Assembly: GCA_034722055.1 (NCBI GenBank)
Contig: JAYENL010000103.1
Location: 17,147-39,853, forward strand
Direction of reading: 5' to 3'
DNA: 22,707 nt
Source of the DNA: Armatimonadota bacterium
Lineage (GTDB): Bacteria > Armatimonadota > Zipacnadia > Zipacnadales > UBA5352
The position numbers and the translations under genes were made by a program. Shown one piece after another: positions 15,573-22,707 of the stretch (positions are counted from its first letter, which is position 1; every line of letters begins with the position of its first letter). The notes beneath the pieces are model-generated. The model worked only from the letters and a program-made list of their open reading frames with translations, had not been told where the DNA came from and did no database searches.

Positions 15573-16376
15573 TCAGAAGCTGCCAGCGGCGCCAATCAGC
15601 CACTGGTCGTCGCCACCGTCCGAGTCCAGCCACGCCGCGCCGATCTCCCAACTCGTCAGCCTGTACCCGACGCCCAGAGTGAGGTCGCCATCGGCGGCGC
15701 CGCCGCGGATGGTGAAGGCCGTCATGGGCATGGGCCACTCGGCACCGACGTTGAAGACCGTGTCCACCTCATCGGTCACGTCCTGCAGTTCGCCGGTGAC
15801 CAGCAGGCCGGAGGGCAGTGTCACCGACGCCCCGAGGTCGCACATCGGCCCCGCGCCGCTCTCATCGGTGAGGTCCCGGAGCAGCGCGCCGTAGCTCCAA
15901 CTGCTCATGGGCGCATCAACCCTGTACATGCCGCCCACGTTAACGACTGTCTGGTCCGAGGCGTTCGTGGTATGCAGCAGGCTCACGCCACCGCTGAGGC
16001 CGCCCGAGAGCTCGACGCCATAGCCGCCCCCGAAGCCATCCACATCAGCGGCCCCACTGTCCGCGTTCCAGTAGCCGACACCCCAGCCCTGGGTGCTGGC
16101 GGCGTTGCGGACCGAGTAGAACGCGCCGAAGGAGTCGACATCGCCGTCCATGCTGAAGGTGCCTGACACCCGGCTGGGCCAGGGCGAGATACGGGGGCCG
16201 TAGACCTTGATGTAGGGGATTCCCGCGGGGTTGCTCGCGAAGGCCGCGTCGTCGTCTGCCAGACCCACATCGGCCATGCCCATGGCACTGATGCGGAAGT
16301 TCTGCACGGTCACGCTCGCCGCGGCCACTCCGCATGCAAGCGCGAGGATCATCACGACCGGAATCAGCTTCTTCAT
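15573..16376 (-). CDS. Putative outer-membrane beta-barrel protein (PorV/FadL-like N-terminus)
   Basis: ATG 16376 with AGGAGG RBS. Signal peptide MKKLIPVVMILALACGVAAA, then R.SAMG.A.VGLADD..A...NPAG motif, alternating amphipathic strands (GWGVGYW, FNVGAEW, IRGG, LTLGVGYR) and C-terminal Phe. Confidence 0.72.
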   Translation of the reverse strand: MKKLIPVVMILALACGVAAASVTVQNFRISAMGMADVGLADDDAAFASNPAGIPYIKVYGPRISPWPSRVSGTFSMDGDVDSFGAFYSVRNAASTQGWGVGYWNADSGAADVDGFGGGYGVELSGGLSGGVSLLHTTNASDQTVVNVGGMYRVDAPMSSWSYGALLRDLTDESGAGPMCDLGASVTLPSGLLVTGELQDVTDEVDTVFNVGAEWPMPMTAFTIRGGAADGDLTLGVGYRLTSWEIGAAWLDSDGGDDQWLIGAAGSF

Positions 16377-16492
16377 CGCTCCGCCTCCTGTGTGGTCGGT
16401 CAGTCTGCAGCATTGTTGTGATGACGCCCCGTGACGCGTCGGCGCCACGCCCCAGGTGCTCCCGCACGCTCAGGCGCCCCTGCTGCATCTGC

Positions 16493-16527
16493 AAACGCCC
16501 GGCATTGTATCACGCTCGGGCGTTTTT
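16493..16527. terminator. Intrinsic terminator-like hairpin downstream of the solute-binding protein gene; loop contains an extended -10 box
   Basis: AAACGCCCG (16493-16501) pairs with CGGGCGTTT(TT) (16517-16527). The loop on the minus strand reads TG-A-TACAAT (16512-16504). Confidence 0.5.
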
Positions 16528-16534
16528 GGCGAGG

Positions 16535-17629
16535 CTATTCCGACTCTGGATGGAACAGCCGGCTGTATTCCGACTGCAGGCGCTCCTGTCGCAGCCGGTA
16601 CTCCGACCACGAGCCCTCCTGCGCCAGGATCTTCAGGTCCCCCAGCGCGGGCCGCTGCGGTGGAGGCTCCACGTCATCGCGCAACGAGTAGCACCCGCTG
16701 ATCTCCACGATGGCCTGCTGACCGACCTGTGAGAGCGCGTAGTCCACGAACAGAATCGCGGCGTGCGGATGCGGCGCTCTGCTCAGAATCGCCACCGGCC
16801 CCACGGTCATGGGCACGCCGTCTCGCGGCCATATCGGCGCCACCGGCGTCCCCTTCTGCATGGCCTGGTAGACGCTGTAGCCCAGAATGCCCCCGGCCAG
16901 GTCGATCTCACCGGCCGTCAGCGCGCTCAGCGTGTCCGACGAGGAGCGGAACAGTTGCGGCCGCTGCCCCGCCATGCGCCGCCAGAACGAGGCACCGTAC
17001 TCCTCACGCAGCAGGTAGTACTGGGCATAGGCGGAGCCGCCCGTCTGCGCGTCCTTCAGGCCGATCTCGCCCTCCCACCTCGCGTTCAACAGATCAGGCC
17101 AGGTGTCGGGCACCTGCTCCGGCTTTCTGGTGGTATCATAGGCCATGCAGATGACCACCGCCCGCATCGCCGTCCACTGGCCTGGCTCCTGATACTCTGG
17201 GGCAATGTGATGCACATGCTCTGAGCGGTGGGCGTAGAGCTCGCCGCGGCGCCGCAGGTCGTCGAACACGCCGGGGTCCAGCACGTGCAGCGCATCGGCC
17301 CGCACCTGCCCCCGCGCCAGCTCCCGGTCAACCCGCCGCACGATGTCGAAGGTGCTGCCCCGCACCAGGCGCGCATCGACGTATGGATGGGCCCTCTCGA
17401 AGCGCTCCAGGAACTGCTGCGCCTGCTCCTCGGGCAGCGACGTGTACCACCACAGCTCGGCCTCGCGCCTGGCGAGCTCCACGATCTCCTCGCGGCTGAG
17501 CTCATTGGCGCTCTCGCCCGCGCCCCGCACGGTCACCCGGATCTCGTTCTGCGCCGGCGGCGGGCAGCCGGCGATCAGCGTCGCCACCACTGCCGCGGTC
17601 ACAATCGCGACTCTCGAACATCCGTTCAT
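16535..17629 (-). CDS. Extracellular solute-binding lipoprotein (AfuA/FbpA-like, Fe3+/polyamine/thiamine-type cluster)
   Basis: Likely start ATG 17629 with GGAGAGG RBS. Lipobox LIAG-C. Motifs L.WYTS, F...F...HP, ADALH, P.TWPDLL..RWEG.I, P.DG.P and APHPHAA.LFVDY.LS..GQ. Confidence 0.85.
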   Translation of the reverse strand: MNGCSRVAIVTAAVVATLIAGCPPPAQNEIRVTVRGAGESANELSREEIVELARREAELWWYTSLPEEQAQQFLERFERAHPYVDARLVRGSTFDIVRRVDRELARGQVRADALHVLDPGVFDDLRRRGELYAHRSEHVHHIAPEYQEPGQWTAMRAVVICMAYDTTRKPEQVPDTWPDLLNARWEGEIGLKDAQTGGSAYAQYYLLREEYGASFWRRMAGQRPQLFRSSSDTLSALTAGEIDLAGGILGYSVYQAMQKGTPVAPIWPRDGVPMTVGPVAILSRAPHPHAAILFVDYALSQVGQQAIVEISGCYSLRDDVEPPPQRPALGDLKILAQEGSWSEYRLRQERLQSEYSRLFHPESE

Positions 17630-17675
17630 GACCTCTCCCCGTTCAGCTCTCGCCTCTCTCACCGTTCCTCGGAAC

Positions 17676-19946
17676 TCAATCCTCCGGCTCCTCCGCGACC
17701 TGCTCCAGGCCCGACGGCTCCGACAGCCCCACCAGCCGCGCAAAGCCCGCCGGCCCCTCCTCGCGCTCCACCGTGACATGCTCCGCGGCCCCCGCGAGGG
17801 CGCCCTCCCCCATCAGCAGCAGCGGCCCGGTCGCGGGCATCGGCACGGAGCCCACCGTCGGCGTCCAGTCGTCGAAGTCTTCGCCCGCACCCACCAGGAT
17901 GGTTACGCCGTCGCCCGCTGCGGTCCCTGTGAGCTCCTCGCGCAGCGCCAGCGCCGCCAGGGCCCCGCGGAGGGCGTCATCGCGCTCCCCACCCCAGTCG
18001 GCCCACGCCAGCCGACCGCCGATTCCAGCGAAGGCTCCATCCTGGCGGGCCGCCTCACGGGCCACGCCCTCGATGACCTGTGCCATCTCCGGCACGTTCG
18101 CGTCCTTCGGCACGAGCGCCGCAAGTCGCAGTGCCCCACCTCGACCCACGACCCCGGGGGCCTCGTCCGCGAGCGCCCGCTCAGCCAGCGCCAGGCTCAG
18201 CGCCGCGATGGTCTGCCTCTCCACCCCAACGGCCTGCCCCACCACGCCCAGCGCCGTGCGAATCTGCTCCACCTCGTCGGCGTCCGTGCGCCCCGGCTCG
18301 CCCTCCTCGCTGCCCGCGCTCAGGTCGGACGCCAGGCGCTCGATGGGCTCGACCATGCCCCCGACCGCCACCGCAGCGATGGCTGCGGCCAGCAGCAGCA
18401 CCGCCATCGCCGCCACCGCGCTGCGCCCCACGATCTCCCCCACCATTCCCTCCGCCATCTCCCTGCGCGCGCCCAGCTTCAGCGTGCCCACCACCCGCCC
18501 CTCGCTGATAAGCTGGGCCGTGGCGGTGATGATCCCGTAGCGCTCCGCGCTGCGCCCCATCTCGCTCAGCAACTCGCGCATGGCCTCGCGATCCCGGACC
18601 GGGCGAGTCACGCCGCCCTCCGCGACCACCTCCATCTCCGGGCTGATGGCGAAGGCCCCGATGTTCCCGCGGGGATCCAGCGCCGCCACGTAGACCACCT
18701 CCAGGGCGTAGAGGTCGCCCTCCACGCGGTGACCCACCACACGCTGGAGGTACTGCTCGTAGCTCTGCCAGGATGGCCGCTCCTCGAGGCCGCCGAACTC
18801 CACCAGGATGGCCGCGACCTCGCCCACCGTGAGCTGCACCTGCTGCTGCAGCAGCCGCACGCTGTGTCGCACCGAGAGGTACCACACCACCCCCACGGAG
18901 CACACCACCAGCAGCACCACCAGCCCCACGATGCGAGGCCGCAGCCGCGTCCAGGGGCGGATCGCCGCCCGTATCGCCTCCGGCCGCTCCTCGGTGGGGT
19001 GAGCGGCCCGTATCACCAGCAGGTAGGCGCCTGAGATGAGCACGCAGATGCCGGCGATATGATACGGCGTCAGCGCCTCTCTGAGCACGATCCACGAGAC
19101 CACCACCGTGACGATCGCGCCCAGGAGCTTGAGGCTGACCGCAACGTGCGCGGGGATCTGCGCGAGCCCGCGGTAGTACAGGGCCATGTACAGAGCCGTG
19201 CTGACGCCGGCCAGCGCCAGCAGAATCAGCCACCCGTTGACGCTCAGGCCCGACAGCGACGCGTAGCCGCCGGTCGCAGCCGAGACCGCGCCGGCCACCA
19301 CCAGCCCCACGCCAAACCGCCACAGGGCGACCGTGGAGGGCGCGAACTGACGCAGCGCGCTCTTGCCGAGGATCTCCGCCGCCGCCCGCGTCATCCCCGC
19401 TCCCAGCGCCAGCAGGTCGCCCAGCAGGCGCCTGGAGATAAGCTCGCGGGTGAACGTCAGCTCACCGGCGGCGATCAACAGGTCGGCGGCCACCATCACC
19501 GCCACCAGCAAGAAACGCAGGTACGTCACGCGCTCCCGGAGCGTGAAGTAGGCGAAGAGGGCCACGAAGATCGGGGCGGTCTTGGAGATGGCGTTGACCA
19601 CGCCCGCGGATGCGTAATCCACCGCGGCGGTGAACAGCAGCGCTCCCAGCCCCGACCCGAAGGCGCCCACCAGGAAGAGCGTCACCCAGGCCCGTCGGCT
19701 GGGCCTCCCGGCCTTCTGCGGCCGATGGTGCGGGAGCCCGAAGGGCGCCAGGAAGAGCACGGTCAGCAGGTAGCGCGCGGCGACGATGGTGGGGCCCTCG
19801 ACGTCCTGCAACAGCAGCAGCTTGGTGAAGACCGGCGAAAGCCCGCCGAGCATCACTCCCCCCAGGACGTAGGCGTACGGTGTCAGGCTCGGGGCCGACG
19901 AGCCCTGAGTGGTCGCCTCGTCCGGTTCGCCGATGTCCCGCGCCAC
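17676..19946 (-). CDS. EamA/DMT transporter fused to TM-Cache-like sensor-TM-HAMP and a degenerate class III nucleotide cyclase-like domain
   Basis: 756 aa uninterrupted. N-terminal ~310 aa has two EamA repeats (P.F.K, AARY, TAPIFVALFAY..LRER, GDLLAL.A, YRGLAQIPA..A, WIVLREAL). Then TM, extracytoplasmic VVYVAALDPRGNI...VVGTLKLG, TM, HAMP (PIERLA...DEVEQI..AL), and a cytoplasmic cyclase-like tail. Confidence 0.78.
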   Translation of the reverse strand: MARDIGEPDEATTQGSSAPSLTPYAYVLGGVMLGGLSPVFTKLLLLQDVEGPTIVAARYLLTVLFLAPFGLPHHRPQKAGRPSRRAWVTLFLVGAFGSGLGALLFTAAVDYASAGVVNAISKTAPIFVALFAYFTLRERVTYLRFLLVAVMVAADLLIAAGELTFTRELISRRLLGDLLALGAGMTRAAAEILGKSALRQFAPSTVALWRFGVGLVVAGAVSAATGGYASLSGLSVNGWLILLALAGVSTALYMALYYRGLAQIPAHVAVSLKLLGAIVTVVVSWIVLREALTPYHIAGICVLISGAYLLVIRAAHPTEERPEAIRAAIRPWTRLRPRIVGLVVLLVVCSVGVVWYLSVRHSVRLLQQQVQLTVGEVAAILVEFGGLEERPSWQSYEQYLQRVVGHRVEGDLYALEVVYVAALDPRGNIGAFAISPEMEVVAEGGVTRPVRDREAMRELLSEMGRSAERYGIITATAQLISEGRVVGTLKLGARREMAEGMVGEIVGRSAVAAMAVLLLAAAIAAVAVGGMVEPIERLASDLSAGSEEGEPGRTDADEVEQIRTALGVVGQAVGVERQTIAALSLALAERALADEAPGVVGRGGALRLAALVPKDANVPEMAQVIEGVAREAARQDGAFAGIGGRLAWADWGGERDDALRGALAALALREELTGTAAGDGVTILVGAGEDFDDWTPTVGSVPMPATGPLLLMGEGALAGAAEHVTVEREEGPAGFARLVGLSEPSGLEQVAEEPED

Positions 19947-19956
19947 GGGACTCGCC

Positions 19957-20751
19957 TCACCCTGTGCCGGCGCCGGACGCCTTACCCGTGCCCGCCTGTG
20001 CCGGGATCGCCGCCGCCGCGCGCACCCAGCCGGTGGATCCGCCCTCGGCCGTCACGCGCCACCAGTCGCTCTGACGCTCGTGCACCTGCAGCATCCAGCC
20101 CTCGCTGAGGGTCTGCACGGACTCGAAGCTCTCGCCGGGGCCGGTGCGCAGCTCCGTGGCCTCCGCGACGACTACGGCCTCCGCTGTGCGGTGAAAGCGC
20201 CACCAGCGGCCGACGGCCAGCGTGGCGGCGATCAGCCCCAGTACGCCGAATGCGATTGCCGCCCGCGTCAGCGGCCTGCGGGGGCCCACTCCCAGCAGCA
20301 GCGCCGCGACCCCCGCCATCGCCAGCCAGTAACATGCCGCGGCCGCGCCGGCAAGCTCGTTGAGGGTCAGCCGCCCCGTCGCCTCCGCCCACAGGGCGTG
20401 CAGCCACGAGGGCGGTGGCGCCGGCGGCCCCAACGATCGCTGCCGCAGGGCCTGCTGCAGATTCGCGCCGATGTCCGGGTCCCTCGGCGCCATGCGGCGC
20501 GCCGCGAGATAATGGGCGATGGCCTCCCCCAACTGACCCGAGCGGTGCAGCGCATTCGCCAGGTTGTACTGGACCCTGGCGCCATCATGCCCTGTCTGCA
20601 TGGCCTCCCGATAGGCACCGGCGGCGGCCTCGAACTGCCCCGCGGCGTAGAGCGCGTTGGCCTCCGCCAGGGGGCCGTCCTCGGCCCGCGCGAACACGGC
20701 GATCATCGCCGCCAGCAGGACGCCCCCGATGGCCGCGGCCCGCGAGCTCAT
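19957..20751 (-). CDS. batE: BatE-like TPR + SH3 domain membrane protein
   Basis: Signal peptide, TPR (EANALYAAGQFEAAA..Y, YNLANA..R.G.LGEAI..Y..A.R.APRDPDI.ANL), two TMs, SH3b-like LRTGPG.......LSEG...W.RV..G.TGWV. Directly follows batD. Confidence 0.75.
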   Translation of the reverse strand: MSSRAAAIGGVLLAAMIAVFARAEDGPLAEANALYAAGQFEAAAGAYREAMQTGHDGARVQYNLANALHRSGQLGEAIAHYLAARRMAPRDPDIGANLQQALRQRSLGPPAPPPSWLHALWAEATGRLTLNELAGAAAACYWLAMAGVAALLLGVGPRRPLTRAAIAFGVLGLIAATLAVGRWWRFHRTAEAVVVAEATELRTGPGESFESVQTLSEGWMLQVHERQSDWWRVTAEGGSTGWVRAAAAIPAQAGTGKASGAGTG

Positions 20752-22487
20752 CGCAGCGCCGCCTCGATGGCCTCGATGAGCTCTGAGAGCCGCTCGCGGA
20801 GCTCGCCGGACGATGGCGCCCGCGACGATCCCGGCGCGTAGAGCCCGGCGCGCAACTGCTCCAGCAGCTCACCCGCCTCGGAGGCGGCGGCCTTGTCCAC
20901 GCCAGCGCTCGCCAGCAGCTCCCGTGCCTCCTCCGGGCCGAGGCTGGCCGCCGCCACGCCGGTCTTCGCCGCGATGTACTCCGTGAGGATCTCGTCCGCC
21001 GCGTCGTAAAGCTCCTCGGTGGAGGCGGCCCCGTCCAGCGCCCGGAGGACCCGCCGCGCCCTGCTCTCCGCCTCCACGAATCGCCGGTACTGTGGATCGC
21101 GCGCCCGCCTCAGCGTCTCGGAGCGCCGCCCCAGCGCCCATCCGAGGCCCGCGACCGGCGCGAGCTGAAGCAGCCAGAACCACGCCGAGGCCGTCACCGG
21201 CGGCCGGCTCCGCAGACCAAGCTCATGCGTCTTGATGTAGCGGATCTCCCCCGCCTCGGGCCGTGACGCCCCCGCGGAGCCGGAGGCCGGCAGCACCGTC
21301 AGCGCGACCTCGGACGTCACAGCGGCCTCGTAGCGCTCCGTCTGCGGGTTGAAGTAGTGCAACGTCACCGGGCCGAGGGTGACCGTGCCCGGCTCCTCCG
21401 GCATCACCAGGTACTCCAGCGCGACGCTGCCGCCGATGGCGTGACCATCGCCAGAGGGCTGGGGGCCGATACGCCGCTGCTCGCTGCTCTGGTAGAGCCG
21501 TGCCCGACCCCGGAGCGGCAGCTCGGGCGCCTCGAGCTGCCTGAGATTGCCGGTGCCGGTGACCGTCAGCCGCACGGCCGCCGCGCCGCCGACGCGGACC
21601 CGATCCGTGTCCGCGGACAGCTCGGCATGGAAGCGCCCCACCAGACCGGAGAATCCCTCCGGCCGGCCGGCGCCGGGGAGGTCTCTCACCTCCAGCGTTA
21701 TCGGGTCGGTGGTGATGGTCTCCTCGCCCCCAAGGTAGCTGCGCATGTAGGTGATGGTCGCGGGGCCGATGGTGTACTCGCCCGCCGCCGGGGCAATCAG
21801 CGCCGTCCGCCGGGTGATGATCTCGTAGGGCACTCCGTCGATGCTGCGGCTGATCTGCTCGCCGCTGGGCAGCGGCTCGGCCACCAGGCCCTCCGTCTCC
21901 GGCGGGGTGTACTCGGGATTGCTGAGCAGCCGAACTCGATGCGACTGGTAGAACGTCAGCGTGAGGGTCACCTGCTGGCCGACATAGGGCGTGCGGTCAT
22001 CGACCTCTGTGGTCGCGAAGATGTCGTCTCCAGTCTCGGGGGCGGCCGGCTGCACGTCCGGGGGCATCGGGCTGGTGGGGGCAGACGGAGCAGGAGTCGG
22101 CCGCCTGCTGCCGCCGCTGACAGTGAGCGTCAGCGGGGTGGTGGTGTAGACCTCGCCGCCGATCTGGACCTCGATGCCGGGGATAGTGAAGGTGCCCTCG
22201 CGGGTGGGACGCAGGCGGAAGACGTAGCTGTTGATGGAGCTCACCTGGCCGTTGGCGAAGGTGATGTTCTGCTGCGAGGAGGAGCCCACGACCTCGATGC
22301 CCTCGACGCTCGGAATCTCGGGCCTCGTGACGCCGCTCACGGCGCCGGTGATGGCCACCGTGAGCTCCACGGTCTCCCCCACTGCGGCGCTCTCGCGGTT
22401 GAGCGAGGCGTGCACATCCACCTCGGCCGCCGCCGGAGCGGCGGTGAGCGCCACGATGACCAGCGCGACGGCCAGCGCGCTTCTCAC
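20748..22487 (-). CDS. batD: BatD-family (aerotolerance operon) protein
   Basis: 579 aa. Signal peptide and three BatD Ig-like repeats (GETVELTV, SSQQNITFANG, GTFTIP, PYVGQQV, FSGLVGRF, VTGTGNL, YFNP..ERYE), EIRYIK, then a C-terminal TM and helical domain. Confidence 0.85.
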   Translation of the reverse strand: MRSALAVALVIVALTAAPAAAEVDVHASLNRESAAVGETVELTVAITGAVSGVTRPEIPSVEGIEVVGSSSQQNITFANGQVSSINSYVFRLRPTREGTFTIPGIEVQIGGEVYTTTPLTLTVSGGSRRPTPAPSAPTSPMPPDVQPAAPETGDDIFATTEVDDRTPYVGQQVTLTLTFYQSHRVRLLSNPEYTPPETEGLVAEPLPSGEQISRSIDGVPYEIITRRTALIAPAAGEYTIGPATITYMRSYLGGEETITTDPITLEVRDLPGAGRPEGFSGLVGRFHAELSADTDRVRVGGAAAVRLTVTGTGNLRQLEAPELPLRGRARLYQSSEQRRIGPQPSGDGHAIGGSVALEYLVMPEEPGTVTLGPVTLHYFNPQTERYEAAVTSEVALTVLPASGSAGASRPEAGEIRYIKTHELGLRSRPPVTASAWFWLLQLAPVAGLGWALGRRSETLRRARDPQYRRFVEAESRARRVLRALDGAASTEELYDAADEILTEYIAAKTGVAAASLGPEEARELLASAGVDKAAASEAGELLEQLRAGLYAPGSSRAPSSGELRERLSELIEAIEAALR

Positions 22488-22707
22488 CAGTCCTTCTCAC
22501 CCTCGGTTGGCTCGCGGCGCCGCGGCGCCCGGCGGATGATCTCCTGCATCTCCGCGTCCTCCGTGGCCAGCGCCCGCAGCAGCCGGCGAGCCTGCGCGGC
22601 CGTCAGCCCCCCCTCCTCCACCTGCTGGCCGGGCTCCTGCTGTTGGCCGGCCGGCATCTGCTCGTCCTCGCCGCCACTGGGCTGCTCCTGGGCCTGCTGC
22701 TGTTCGC
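22484..22707 (-). CDS. Partial (3' end) BatC/BatB-like protein
   Basis: Open frame from the window edge: Gln/Glu-rich linker, LTAAQARRLLRALATEDAEMQE, ending EKDW-stop, as is typical of BatC-type tails. The stop overlaps the batD GTG start (GTGA). Confidence 0.72.
   Translation of the reverse strand, partial: EQQQAQEQPSGGEDEQMPAGQQQEPGQQVEEGGLTAAQARRLLRALATEDAEMQEIIRRAPRRREPTEGEKDW

Noticed and set aside
15352..15573. dif-like site as boundary of an integrated mobile element
   Set aside because: No second site, recombinase, replication or phage gene, and no obvious compositional shift, on either side within the window.
17630..17779. ORF-track extension of the solute-binding protein to 17779
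   Set aside because: It overlaps the upstream gene. The RBS, signal peptide and lipobox all point to ATG 17629.

Overview
High-GC bacterial chromosomal segment (roughly 70% GC by eye). It is probably from a diderm, given a likely outer-membrane beta-barrel and bat genes; taxonomy cannot be fixed from the window. About 19 protein genes, with no rRNA, tRNA, CRISPR array, transposase or integrase. Left to right: carbon-nitrogen hydrolase (+); a minus-strand run of DGC zinc-binding protein, PcRGLX/YetA-like glycan lyase and sulfatase-fold hydrolase; MFS transporter (+); PHP-type (DUF3604/CehA-McbA-like) metallohydrolase (-); small hypothetical (+); a glycan-export operon GT2-wzm-wzt-secreted protein (-), divergent from an AlkP-superfamily enzyme (+); a dif-like Xer site in the convergent gap at 15379-15406; a beta-barrel protein (-); and a minus-strand operon batC(partial)-batD-batE-[EamA/DMT transporter fused to Cache-like sensor, HAMP and degenerate class III cyclase-like domain]-orphan solute-binding lipoprotein. 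The most unusual items are the EamA-sensor-pseudocyclase fusion with its orphan binding protein, the dif-like site, and a sulfatase with Thr in place of the formylglycine-precursor Cys/Ser. All family calls come from motif recognition by eye, not database searches.
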